Of a stretch of 64,000 bases of DNA, positions 9,009 to 18,680 are shown in pieces. How positions within the stretch are numbered: position 1 is the first letter of the stretch; each line of letters opens with the position of its first letter. The position numbers and the translations under genes are program-made. Under the pieces are notes generated by a model. That model worked only from the letters and a program-made list of their open reading frames with translations. It was not told the origin of the DNA and did no database searches. This DNA comes from Candidatus Fermentibacteraceae bacterium (GTDB lineage: Bacteria; Fermentibacterota; Fermentibacteria; Fermentibacterales; JCC-6): NCBI GenBank assembly GCA_041750285.1, contig JBGSZS010000002.1:32001-96000 (forward strand), read 5' to 3'.

Positions 9009-9884
9009 ATGGATGGAAACTCGCAGGCAGTGGTGCGCGCTCTGGGCGCAGTGGTTCTGTGGTCGACCGCAGCATCCGCGTTCAGGCTCTCGCTTGATCA
9101 CGGCACGCCCTGGCAGGTTCTTGTTGTGGCTTCCGCAACATCCACTGCAGTTTTTCTGGCGGCGTTCCTCCATGGAGGCGGCGGTTTCACCCGCAGGGAT
9201 CTTCGGCCGGCTGCACTGCGGGGGGTTTTGAACCCGTTCCTGTACTACCTTGTCCTTCTTTCTGCGTACAACGGGCTGCCCGCACAGATCGCCATGGTCG
9301 TAAACTACCTCTGGCCGCTTACCCTGACGCTCCTGGCAGTCCCTCTGCTGGGACAGAAGCTTACCGCGGGAGCTCTGGGAGGTATCGCAGTGAGTTTCTC
9401 GGGCGTGGCGCTGATGGCTCTGCTGCGTGGCGGAACGTCAGGCGTTGTTCCGCTTTTTCCCCTGGCGCTCGCTTTCACCAGCACAGTAATCTGGGCGCTG
9501 TCGTGGATACTCAACACGAGGGCGGAAGGCCCGGTTGCGAGGAACCTGTTCCTTAACTTCTGTTTCGGAACCCTCTATCTGGTCGTCTGGGGCTTTCTGA
9601 CCGGCGAGGGTTTCCCCGCAAAACGCGAAGTCCTCTTGGGCGGCTGTTACATCGGCGTTTTTGAGATGGGGCTGGCGTTCCTGCTGTGGAACACCGCCCT
9701 GAAAAGAAGTGACAGGGCATCACGGGTGAGCGGTCTGATATACATCACGCCGTTTCTTAGCCTTGGCGTGATAGCCCTCACGGTACGCGAGCCCATCGCG
9801 CCCGCCACGGTACTGGGGCTGGTGCTTGTGATCGCAGGCATACTGATCGGGAGCCGGCCGGGAAAGGCCGCCGCATGCCTGTGA
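9009..9884 (+). CDS. DMT/EamA family transporter
   Basis: ~10 TM segments in two EamA repeats, NYLWP, LWNTAL, YITPF. Confidence 0.88.
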   Translation: MDGNSQAVVRALGAVVLWSTAASAFRLSLDHGTPWQVLVVASATSTAVFLAAFLHGGGGFTRRDLRPAALRGVLNPFLYYLVLLSAYNGLPAQIAMVVNYLWPLTLTLLAVPLLGQKLTAGALGGIAVSFSGVALMALLRGGTSGVVPLFPLALAFTSTVIWALSWILNTRAEGPVARNLFLNFCFGTLYLVVWGFLTGEGFPAKREVLLGGCYIGVFEMGLAFLLWNTALKRSDRASRVSGLIYITPFLSLGVIALTVREPIAPATVLGLVLVIAGILIGSRPGKAAACL

Positions 9885-9905
9885 TGTCTTCCCTGCCCCG
9901 GGGCG

Positions 9906-11582
9906 TCACTGCTTCCGTCTGATCTTGTCCCACGTATCCCTGAGCGGGATGGTCCTGTTGAAAACCAGATGGCCCGGACGCGAATCGGCGTCGATGCAGA
10001 AATAGCCCATGCGCTCGAACTGGAAGCTCTGTTCCGGCAAGGCTGTGGCCATGTGGGACTCGACCCGGCAATCCTTGAGGGTGACCAGCGACCCGGGGTT
10101 GAGGTGGTCGACAAGCTCCCCTTCCTCTCCCAGGGGGTTCTCGCACCGGAAAAGCCTGTCGTAGAGCCTGGCTTCCGCGGGGATGCTGTGGGCAGCGCTC
10201 ACCCAGTGAAGCGTGGCCTTCACCCGTCTGCCGTCAGGGCTGTTCCCGCCGCGTGACTCGGGGTCGTAGGTGCACCTTACGGTTGTGATCTCACCTTCGG
10301 CGTTTCTTTCTACTCCCGTGGCTTTTACGAGGTAGGCGTACCTGAGCCTTACCTCAGCGCCCGGTGAAAGCCTGAAGAACTTGGGCGGCGGGGTTTCCAT
10401 GAAGTCTTCCCGCTCGATATAGAGCTCGCGGCAGAAAGGTATGCTCCTGGTGCCGGCGGATTCATCCTCGGGGTTTATCTGGTAGTCGAAGAACTCCACC
10501 TGCCCGGCCGGATAGTTCTCCACCACCAGACGGACGGGGTTCAGAACCGCCATTACCCTGGGGGCCGTGATGTTCAGTGTCTCTCGAACGATGTGTTCGA
10601 GCAGTGCGATGTCCACCATGCTGTCACGCTTTGCAAGACCGATCCTGTCACAGAACTGCCTCACGGCCCCGGGCGGGATCCCCCTGCGGCGCATCCCTCT
10701 CAGGGTGGGCATTCTTGGGTCGTCCCATCCGCTTACGACTTCGTTCTCTACCAGTCCCCTGAGGAAACGTTTGCTGAGGACCGTGTAGGTCATGTTGAGA
10801 CGGGCGAACTCGATCTGCTGGGGGTGGAAGACTCCCAGTCTTGTCAGGAACCAGTCGTAGAGCGGCCTGTGGTCCTCGAACTCCAGGCTGCAGAGGGAAT
10901 GGGTGATGCCCTCGATCGAGTCCTCGAGGCAGTGGGCATAGTCGTACATGGGGTAGATGCACCAGTCCGGGCCGGTTCTGTGGTGTGCCCTGTGAAGTAT
11001 CCTGTAGATCGCGGGGTCACGCATGTTCATGTTCGGGCTCGCCATGTCTATCCTGGCGCGCAGTGTCCTGCTTCCCTCCGGGAAATCGCCTTTGCGCATC
11101 CTCCTGAGCAGCTCGAGGTTCTCTTCGACCGTCCGGTCCCTGAAGGGGCTTTTCCTTCCGGGTTCGGTCAGCGTGCCGCGGTATTCCTTGACCTGATCCG
11201 GCGACAGGTCGCATACGTAGGCGTCCCCCTGCTGCACGAGCCGTTCCGCGTGCATGTACATCTGCTCGAAATAGTCGCTGGCGTATAGCTCACTGTCCCA
11301 GTTGAACCCCAGCCACCGTATGTCGGCCTTTATGGCATCTACGAATTCGGTTTCCTCCTTCACCGGGTTCGTATCATCGAACCTGAGGTTGACCTTGCCA
11401 CGGTACTCGTCGGCAATCCCGAAGTTGGTGCAGATGGCTTTGGCGTGGCCGATATGAAGGTATCCGTTAGGTTCCGGCGGAAAGCGGGTGTGCACCCTGC
11501 CTCCATGTTTGCCCTCGGCTCTGTCCCGGTCGATCACTTCACGGATGAAATCCCTGCCCTTTTTCACTTCAATGTCGTTCAT
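9906..11582 (-). CDS. glnS: Glutamine--tRNA ligase
   Basis: TRFPPEPNGYLHIGH, LRFDDTNP, YPMYDYAH, LSKR, FQFERMGYF. Confidence 0.97.
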   Translation of the reverse strand: MNDIEVKKGRDFIREVIDRDRAEGKHGGRVHTRFPPEPNGYLHIGHAKAICTNFGIADEYRGKVNLRFDDTNPVKEETEFVDAIKADIRWLGFNWDSELYASDYFEQMYMHAERLVQQGDAYVCDLSPDQVKEYRGTLTEPGRKSPFRDRTVEENLELLRRMRKGDFPEGSRTLRARIDMASPNMNMRDPAIYRILHRAHHRTGPDWCIYPMYDYAHCLEDSIEGITHSLCSLEFEDHRPLYDWFLTRLGVFHPQQIEFARLNMTYTVLSKRFLRGLVENEVVSGWDDPRMPTLRGMRRRGIPPGAVRQFCDRIGLAKRDSMVDIALLEHIVRETLNITAPRVMAVLNPVRLVVENYPAGQVEFFDYQINPEDESAGTRSIPFCRELYIEREDFMETPPPKFFRLSPGAEVRLRYAYLVKATGVERNAEGEITTVRCTYDPESRGGNSPDGRRVKATLHWVSAAHSIPAEARLYDRLFRCENPLGEEGELVDHLNPGSLVTLKDCRVESHMATALPEQSFQFERMGYFCIDADSRPGHLVFNRTIPLRDTWDKIRRKQ

Positions 11583-11620
11583 TTCCGGTTCCTTTCAGCA
11601 TGTTCCCCTGTCCCGACGCG

Positions 11621-12535
11621 TTAACTCCCAAGGCATTGTCGCATCAGGTCGAGGAACTGCCGCCATTTGTCAAGAAAAAGCTCAGATGGCCTGGAATCGA
11701 GGGTTCGAAGCTCCAGGGTTATTCCTTTCATGTTGATCCTGACATCGGTGAACAGGGTCGTGAGATGGTCGAGGAAAGCCGGGAAGTCACTGTCAGGCAG
11801 CTCTCCAAAGGGCAATCCCGTATTCAGGTCGAGGGCGCCCATGCCGAAATCGACAACACGTTTCAAGAACTGCCGGTGGTCCGTGGACGGGATCTTGTCT
11901 CCCCTGCAGAGCAGACCGCACCTGGAAGGATCGGTGTTGTTCCAGATGTCGCGCCTCTCGGGGCCCATTGCGAATCCCGCGGACTGGGACATCTCGCAAA
12001 CCGTTGCCCAGACCCTTGGAAGCTCCTCGAGGGAGAGCAGTGCCACATGCAGGTGGATGGCTGCCGTACCCTTCATCATTTCGTGACCCCTGGTTCCCGT
12101 CCTTTCGAGCAGCTTGTGAAGGTTGTGGTACCTGGGCTTGTCAAGAAGCATGGGTGCGCTTCCCCGTCCGGGAATGTACCCGGTTGGTATATAGCTGAAT
12201 CCCAACCTTCTGCAGACTTCGGCAGTAACACCGTCAGCCCGGTGGAGAATGGACTGCACGGTATGCTCGTCGGTTGGAAGGATGGGAACGCTGCAGAACT
12301 CGATCTGCCCACCGGGCTCGAATGTGACATAGTGATCGGGCCCCCTGAACAGCCCGGGCTCCTCTTTGTAGCCCAGCTCGTAAAGGATCTGCCGGACACC
12401 GGAAAGGTCTTCGGGGCCAAGCGGACGTCCGGGCATGAACTCGTACTCGAAGCCGAACTGCCGGGGTCTGGGGGTGCTCAGGCGTGAAGCCATGAGCTCC
12501 GCGAGCTGATCAGCGTAGCTGGCGTTTTTCAACAC
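11621..12535 (-). CDS. Glutamate--cysteine ligase (GCS2/EgtA-like) family protein
   Basis: FGFEYE, VTFEPGGQIEF, KPRY…MMKGTAAIHLHV, LTTLFTDVR, LELRTLD. Confidence 0.8.
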   Translation of the reverse strand: MLKNASYADQLAELMASRLSTPRPRQFGFEYEFMPGRPLGPEDLSGVRQILYELGYKEEPGLFRGPDHYVTFEPGGQIEFCSVPILPTDEHTVQSILHRADGVTAEVCRRLGFSYIPTGYIPGRGSAPMLLDKPRYHNLHKLLERTGTRGHEMMKGTAAIHLHVALLSLEELPRVWATVCEMSQSAGFAMGPERRDIWNNTDPSRCGLLCRGDKIPSTDHRQFLKRVVDFGMGALDLNTGLPFGELPDSDFPAFLDHLTTLFTDVRINMKGITLELRTLDSRPSELFLDKWRQFLDLMRQCLGS

Positions 12536-14399
12536 ACTCCTTGTACCACAGGGTGAAGATCAAAGGGGCGAAAAAGCGGTCGGCGCCCGAAACCAGTGTC
12601 TCGGGTCCCACACCGCTGCCTGTCACTTCCTTTGCAAGCTCCCTCACCATCTGTCCGTCGAGTATTCCCTGTCTGTCAACTTCCCGGCCCTCGGCAATCT
12701 CCCTGAGGGGATCGGGAAGGTCCGACAAGTTCTCGAACCACTGGGCCATTGGCATGGTGAAGGGTTTCTTTGGCCGCATGGCCGTGCCGTCGGGAAGAAT
12801 GCCAGAATCCGCGAAGGCCTTTCTGCAGATGTATTTGTCCAGCGATTCGAAGGGTTTCAGCTTGAGGTCCACTGGAAGGGACGCAGCGAACTCCGCCAGT
12901 CTGTAATCGAGAAAAGGTGTTCTCGCCTCGAGACTGTGGCGCATGCTGAGCCTGTCCAACCTCGCGATCACGTAGTCCGGAAGCCTGGTTCGGCACTCGA
13001 GGGCCTGCATGGCCTTGACGGGATGGATCTGCCCCAGATCGGGCAGACCCTCAAGAGGAGGAGTGGCACTGATCCCCGTGTTCGCGCCAAGAAGCCGGTG
13101 CAGTTCCCGGGGCGAAAAAAGAGACTCCGAGGCTATGTGCCTGCCCGCCGGGTCGATCTCACCCGCCGCCAGCCTGCGCCCGAGTTCGGGGTACAACTCC
13201 ATCAGTTGTCTCCGCTCGGGGCTTCCCGCAGTCTGGTACCTTATGAATGCGTCTTCCACGAGGAATTTCCTGTAGCCGGCAAAGATCTCGTCGGCCCCTT
13301 CCCCGGTCAGCACCACTTTCACGTGCTCGGAGGCCAGCTCGCAGACCTGGTCGGTGGGGATCACCGCTCCCAGTGAAAGCGGTTCTCCAAGGGCTCTCAC
13401 AATCTCGGGAAGGGATAGGAGGCTGTTCTTCGAGCACATTCGGACGAATCGCCTTGTGCCGGCGAACAGGCTGCCCGATGATCTCACGAAGTGATCCACC
13501 TGGTGGGTTTCATCGTAGGCTTCCTCGGCGAACGCAACAGTGAACAGCTTGAGGTCAGGTTTGATCGCAGCGGTAAGAGAGGCAACGGCCGACGAGTCTA
13601 TGCCTCCAGAGATGAAGCTTCCCACCTCTACATCAGAGCGGAGACGAATGCGGACCGAATCCCGGAATAGTCTGAGGAACTCCTCGGCGGCTTCATCCGC
13701 TTCACGGAAATGCTCGGTTCTGGTGAAGTCGTAGTTCCAGTACCGGGTGATCCGGAAGGTTCCGCTGTCCAGATCGTACTCGAGAAACGAACCCGGCGGA
13801 AGGCGGAGTATCCCTCGGTAGACCGTTCTTTCACCAGGCAGGTATCGGTATGTGAAAAAGGATGGAAGAAGTCCTGCATCGATGTCTCCCGTGACTCCGG
13901 GTGCCTGAAGGAGAGGGGTAACCTCGCTGGAGAAGAAAAAGCCGTATGGTGTTGTGGTGTAATGCATGGGCTTGATGCCGAACCTGTCCCTGAAGAGAAC
14001 TATTTTCCGGCGTGCGGGGTCGTGTATGATGCCTGCGTACATGCCGTTCAGATGGGAGAGGAAAGCAGTGCCGAGCTTTCTGTACAGGTGAAGCGCGACC
14101 TCCATGTCGCCGGAGGTCGAAAAGCTCTGGCCCGGAAGCATATGTCTGAGTTCAAGATAGTTGTAGACCTGTCCGTTGCAGGCGATGGTAACCCCGTCCT
14201 CGGGTGCGGTGATGGGCTGCATTCCGGTGGAGAGATCGAGTATTGCCAGCCGGTCGAATCCTATCCCGACGTGGTCGCCCACGAGAACGGCGCTCTCATC
14301 GGGTCCACGGTGCCGTTGTATACCGTTCATGACGGACAGCAGGGATGTCATGGTTTCCCGGGACATGTCTCTGGATGCGATTCCGGTTACGCCGCACAT
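12510..14399 (-). CDS. asnB: Asparagine synthase (glutamine-hydrolysing) family amidotransferase
   Basis: MCG Ntn nucleophile, HRGPD, RLAILDL, RDRFGIKP, SGGIDSS, TGEGADE, EARTPFLD. Confidence 0.9.
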   Translation of the reverse strand: MCGVTGIASRDMSRETMTSLLSVMNGIQRHRGPDESAVLVGDHVGIGFDRLAILDLSTGMQPITAPEDGVTIACNGQVYNYLELRHMLPGQSFSTSGDMEVALHLYRKLGTAFLSHLNGMYAGIIHDPARRKIVLFRDRFGIKPMHYTTTPYGFFFSSEVTPLLQAPGVTGDIDAGLLPSFFTYRYLPGERTVYRGILRLPPGSFLEYDLDSGTFRITRYWNYDFTRTEHFREADEAAEEFLRLFRDSVRIRLRSDVEVGSFISGGIDSSAVASLTAAIKPDLKLFTVAFAEEAYDETHQVDHFVRSSGSLFAGTRRFVRMCSKNSLLSLPEIVRALGEPLSLGAVIPTDQVCELASEHVKVVLTGEGADEIFAGYRKFLVEDAFIRYQTAGSPERRQLMELYPELGRRLAAGEIDPAGRHIASESLFSPRELHRLLGANTGISATPPLEGLPDLGQIHPVKAMQALECRTRLPDYVIARLDRLSMRHSLEARTPFLDYRLAEFAASLPVDLKLKPFESLDKYICRKAFADSGILPDGTAMRPKKPFTMPMAQWFENLSDLPDPLREIAEGREVDRQGILDGQMVRELAKEVTGSGVGPETLVSGADRFFAPLIFTLWYKECVEKRQLR

Positions 14400-14564
14400 G
14401 GTTTTCCCTTCGAAAACAAGCTGAAACATACCGATTTTGTATGGCAGCCGTTCATCTTCACCCCGCTTCGACCGTCTGTGTGTTACATTTGCCGGAGCGG
14501 ACAGGCCTGCATATGATTTTGGTACAATGCGATGGCTAACTGTAAAGACATGAATGGCATAAAC

Positions 14565-15902
14565 ATGGGCGAGCAAACTAAGTTATCTAAGTCCGTCCCC
14601 GTGGTCGTACCCGTGGTGGGGGCGGGGTTGGCGGGGTGTGAGGCGGCGTTCGCTCTGGCGGAGCGCGGAGTGAGGGTGCGGCTGCTGGAGATGAGACCAG
14701 GGGTGACCACCCCGGCCCACGAAACCGATCTTCCCGCCGAGCTGGTGTGCTCCAATTCCCTGCGGTCCGGGAATCCCGAGAACGCACCCGGACTGCTGAA
14801 AGAGGAGATGAGGCTGGCGGGTTCCAGGCTCATGAGCATAGCCGACTCGGTGAGGGTTCCCGCGGGTGACGCCCTGGCGGTCGACCGAACGCTGTTCAGC
14901 CTGGAAGTGAAAAGGCAGCTCGAGTCCCACCCCCTCATCACCATCGAACACCGTGAGGTTGTCGCCTTCCCGCCCGGCCCGTGCATCGCGGCCCCCGGGC
15001 CCCTGGCGAGCCCCGGCCTCTCGGAATCCCTCCGAATGCTCACGGGCGGACAGCATCTTTACTTCTACGACGCAATCGCCCCGATCCTCGACGCTTCATC
15101 CATAGACACGGCGACAGCCTTTCCACAGTCACGGTACGACAAGGGCGGGGGTGCGGATTACCTGAACTGCCCCATGGACGAAGAGACCTACCGCAGGTTC
15201 GTGAGCGAGCTGAGGAACGCGAAAAGGGTTCCGCCCCATCCATTCGAGAGGGAATTGCACTTCCAGGGGTGCCAGCCCGTGGAGGCGATCGCCGACACCG
15301 GTGAGATGTCGCTTGCCCACGGCCCCATGAAGCCCGTGGGCATTATCGACCCGCGCACCGGGACCAGACCCTTCGCTGTGGTTCAACTCAGAAGGGAGAA
15401 CTCCGCTGGAACGGCATGGAACATGGTGGGTTTTCAGACCAAACTCACACAGGACGAACAGAAAAGGGTCTTCTCCCTTGTTCCCGGACTTTCCGGGGCC
15501 AGGTTCCTCAGGCTCGGAAGTGTTCACCGGAACACATACGTCAACGGCCCGGAGGTCCTGGACGGATTCCTGAGGCTGAAGCGCCGCCCCGGCATCATGC
15601 TTTCGGGACAGATCACCGGGGTCGAGGGGTACATCGAGTCAATGGCGGCCGGCTTGCTCGCCGGCATCTTCATGTCGGCCCTGCTCTCCGGGAGGGAGCC
15701 CGTTCCTCCTCCGGAAGACACCGCCCTTGGAGCCCTTCTGCGCCATGTGACCGTTTCGGGCCCGGGGTCCTTCCAGCCCAGCAACATCCACTACGGGCTG
15801 TTCCCGCCGGTCAGGTCCCGCGGTGGGCGGAGGGAACGCAGGAAGATGCTTTCAGGGAGGGCTCTTGAGTCAGTCAGGAACTGGCTGTCCGGTTCCGTCT
15901 GA
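14565..15902 (+). CDS. trmFO: FADH2/folate-dependent tRNA (uracil-54-C5) methyltransferase
   Basis: GAGLAGCEAA, ELVCSNSL, ALAVDR, LYFYDAIAP, GQITGVEGYIES; start uncertain. Confidence 0.95.
   Translation: MGEQTKLSKSVPVVVPVVGAGLAGCEAAFALAERGVRVRLLEMRPGVTTPAHETDLPAELVCSNSLRSGNPENAPGLLKEEMRLAGSRLMSIADSVRVPAGDALAVDRTLFSLEVKRQLESHPLITIEHREVVAFPPGPCIAAPGPLASPGLSESLRMLTGGQHLYFYDAIAPILDASSIDTATAFPQSRYDKGGGADYLNCPMDEETYRRFVSELRNAKRVPPHPFERELHFQGCQPVEAIADTGEMSLAHGPMKPVGIIDPRTGTRPFAVVQLRRENSAGTAWNMVGFQTKLTQDEQKRVFSLVPGLSGARFLRLGSVHRNTYVNGPEVLDGFLRLKRRPGIMLSGQITGVEGYIESMAAGLLAGIFMSALLSGREPVPPPEDTALGALLRHVTVSGPGSFQPSNIHYGLFPPVRSRGGRRERRKMLSGRALESVRNWLSGSV
14574..14600 (-). repeat. Dispersed repeat copy 1, GGGGACGGACTTAG-N5-TTAGTTTG
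   Basis: + strand CAAACTAAGTTATCTAAGTCCGTCCCC; its reverse complement matches 28250-28276 at all 22 non-spacer positions. Confidence 0.75.
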
Positions 15903-16503
15903 AGAAGAAGAGGAGAACAACGCACGCCAGCACCGCCGATACGGCAACGAAGCCGTCGTTGTGGGGTGCACCGGTTCTTCCCGTGATCACATGGGAGGGG
16001 TATCCGGGGAAGAAGGCGAGCGAACCGGGGCCGGGGGCAGCCTTGAGACGAAGGAAAGACCACAGCCAGTAGAGCCCCAGAACGATGGCTCCGCCTTTCT
16101 TCAGGACCTTTTCCAGCAGCAGCGCCGAGGTCGCAGCAAGAACCGAGACCAGGGGAAGGACCAGCCAGAACTGCCAGGGAACCCCGCCGGATGCGACCGC
16201 CGCCAGGGCTCCGGGGACGGCCCCGCAGAGGGCGGGAACGAGCACTTCCGCCGCGGAGAGCCTGTTCACGGCTCCGGGATGCCTTTCGCAGAGCTGCATC
16301 AGTCCCCGTCTCTCGCCTGAGACCTGCCAGCCCAGAACCAGCGTGATGGGGATGCCCGAGGCGAGGAATGCCGAAAGCCAGGGCAGGAAGTCTGAGCCTG
16401 CACCGGTCACCGCGGTGCCCGCAAGGAAAAGCAGGGTCCAGAGGCCGGCCCGTTCCGTGCGGAAACGTCGCCACATCAGTCCCGCGACGGCAAGTGTTAT
16501 CAT
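15874..16503 (-). CDS. Multi-pass membrane protein (possible divergent ABC permease)
   Basis: ~6 hydrophobic segments; ATGA overlap with the upstream ABC-like gene. Confidence 0.6.
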   Translation of the reverse strand: MITLAVAGLMWRRFRTERAGLWTLLFLAGTAVTGAGSDFLPWLSAFLASGIPITLVLGWQVSGERRGLMQLCERHPGAVNRLSAAEVLVPALCGAVPGALAAVASGGVPWQFWLVLPLVSVLAATSALLLEKVLKKGGAIVLGLYWLWSFLRLKAAPGPGSLAFFPGYPSHVITGRTGAPHNDGFVAVSAVLACVVLLFFFRRNRTASS

Positions 16504-17483
16504 GAACCCGTTTCGGTCTTTACCGCACCGAAGAGGTCCGGTGCAGGAATGTCCCTGTCCGGCGAGAAGGTTGCAAGAAGGGCGGCCGGGGAGGGGGGAG
16601 CAACGGACAGATGCGCTATGGACCTGGCGTTGGCCCTTGCCGTGTTGGAGAGCTGGACCAGGGCATACGCGGTATCGGCGTGGTTGAACACGTAGTATCC
16701 GTCCCGGTGGGCCAGGTCCCTTATGCCGGGGATCTGCTCCATTATCTTCCTGGGGAGCACTGGATAGAACGCCACCTTGATCTCGGAACCGCCCCTCACG
16801 GTTTCGAGGAGCTGGGAATGCCTCACGACCGCCCTGACCCCGGCATCGTCGCACAGGGCTATCATCTCGGTTCCCGGCGGTATCTCGCCAAGGCGCGATG
16901 CCACGAACAGGGCTCCCTTTCCGGTGCCGTGGGTTGCGAAGTCGGTCAATGGCTCGACAAGGCACTCGTGAACGGGACACACCACTACGAGGAAGGAAGG
17001 CGCTGAGGCTAGCGCCGCACCCAGAAAGGCAAGACGGCGGTTCTCTCCGGACAGTCTTGCCGACGGCGTGTCAGCGTGTCCGGCCAGTCCGAGCCACTTC
17101 AAAAGTTCGGACGTACGTTCCCTGGCTTCACTGCGTTTTGAACCCGATGCCGATGCCGCAAGGCTGATGATGCCGCCGGGAGTCATTTCGGGGGGTACGC
17201 ACGGGTCGGGGGGGATCAACACCACCTTCGACCTGCCCTCGCGCGAGGCGGTGGCGGTCATGAGACCGCCCATGCGGCCGACGAGCACGCGGCCCGCCAC
17301 CGGCGACCTCAGTCCGGAAGCGAACTCACCCAGTGCCACGGCCGCCGAACCGGTCTCGCCCAGGACCGCCGCCATCGATCCACCGAGGACCACGAAATCC
17401 AGCCCCGGCTGCCTGCCTGGCACCGATGCAACACCGAGCATTTCCAGCAGCGCCCGTGAGCCCTCGGCAACCCTGGGAGTCAT
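16500..17483 (-). CDS. Degenerate ABC ATP-binding-like protein
   Basis: ABC-fold layout (VLGETGS, LRSPVAGRVLV, LKWLGL, RLSGENRR…AL) but Walker A/B residues are substituted. Confidence 0.6.
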   Translation of the reverse strand: MTPRVAEGSRALLEMLGVASVPGRQPGLDFVVLGGSMAAVLGETGSAAVALGEFASGLRSPVAGRVLVGRMGGLMTATASREGRSKVVLIPPDPCVPPEMTPGGIISLAASASGSKRSEARERTSELLKWLGLAGHADTPSARLSGENRRLAFLGAALASAPSFLVVVCPVHECLVEPLTDFATHGTGKGALFVASRLGEIPPGTEMIALCDDAGVRAVVRHSQLLETVRGGSEIKVAFYPVLPRKIMEQIPGIRDLAHRDGYYVFNHADTAYALVQLSNTARANARSIAHLSVAPPSPAALLATFSPDRDIPAPDLFGAVKTETGS

Positions 17484-17484
17484 G

Positions 17485-18474
17485 TCACCTTCCCGATGCC
17501 AGGCTCGCGTCGGCCAGCTCGAGCGCGCGCACCACTCCCAGACCGCTTCTGCCGGATGTCTTGGGTGTGTCACCGGTCTCGACGCACCGGAGGAACTCTT
17601 CCATCTCGACCGCCAGGGGCTCGAAACTGTCCAGTTTTGGGCTGTGGATGTCACCCGTGCGGTAGGCCAGATGGTACTCGCCGAAGGTCTCGGGTTCAAT
17701 GACGTCCACGCCCTTGTCGTAGATCTTGACCTTCTCGTAGGGCTCGGTGTCGTCGTAGACCAGCATCTTCCTGCTGCCCACAATAACGGTTTTCCTTAGT
17801 TTCGAGGGCGCAAGCCACGAGACCTGCACGTTTGCGATCGCCCCGCACGGGAACCTGAGGTTCACGAAGGCGACATCGGGAATTCCCTCGATCACGTAGC
17901 CGCTGCCGAACGCCTCCACGAAGCTGGGCTCGGAATCAAGCCAGTGGAAGATCATCGAGAAGTCGTGGGGGGCAAGGTCCCAGATCACCGAAACGTCCTT
18001 CTGGTGAAGGCCAAGATTCACCCTGTTGCTGGTGATGAAGCGGATGTCGCCCAGTTCGCCGCTGTCCACGATGCCCTTGATGGCAATCACGGGGGGCGAG
18101 TATAGGAACGTGTGGCCCACCATGTTCACAAGACCAAGGGATTCGGCCTTTTGCGCCATTTCCTCGGCCTTTCCGGCGGTGTCGGCGAACGGTTTCTCCA
18201 CAAAGACATGCTTTCCCGCGGCCAGGGCCTTCATGGCGAGAGGGTAGTGCGAAGACACGTCGGTGGCTATGAGAACGGCGTCCAAATCGCAGGATGTCAC
18301 GAGATCATCGAAACTCGTGGTTCTCTCACAGTTAGGAAACCTCTCACCGATCCGGTTGAGCCTGCCCTCGTCGCGGTCGCAGATGACCACTCTGCCGGCC
18401 CTTCTGTTGGTGACGAGGTTTCGAAGCAAGTTGGGGCCCCAGTACCCAAGACCCACCAGACCAACACTGACCAT
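17485..18474 (-). CDS. Gfo/Idh/MocA family oxidoreductase
   Basis: VGLGYWGPN, GKHVFVEKP, VGHTFLY, WDLAPHD, VSWLAP. Confidence 0.92.
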   Translation of the reverse strand: MVSVGLVGLGYWGPNLLRNLVTNRRAGRVVICDRDEGRLNRIGERFPNCERTTSFDDLVTSCDLDAVLIATDVSSHYPLAMKALAAGKHVFVEKPFADTAGKAEEMAQKAESLGLVNMVGHTFLYSPPVIAIKGIVDSGELGDIRFITSNRVNLGLHQKDVSVIWDLAPHDFSMIFHWLDSEPSFVEAFGSGYVIEGIPDVAFVNLRFPCGAIANVQVSWLAPSKLRKTVIVGSRKMLVYDDTEPYEKVKIYDKGVDVIEPETFGEYHLAYRTGDIHSPKLDSFEPLAVEMEEFLRCVETGDTPKTSGRSGLGVVRALELADASLASGR

Positions 18475-18680
18475 GACGACCTCCGATGTTGTGACACGAA
18501 CTCCAAGCCATATGAAAGCTACTAAAACACGGTGATTATGCAAGCTCTGCACCGCGCCACTACGGCACAGAACCAACGGAGTGGATGCCATTGGCCCATA
18601 CTACAGTTTATAGATATCAGTAAAATTACAATATCTTTGGTTCCTGTGTTGCTTATGTCGAAGGCAGAACAGGAGGAGTC

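Noticed and set aside
18590..18680. CIRCE, HAIR or CtsR operator upstream of clpB
   Set aside because: No consensus match; only a weak AGATAT…ATATCT inverted repeat, too poor to call
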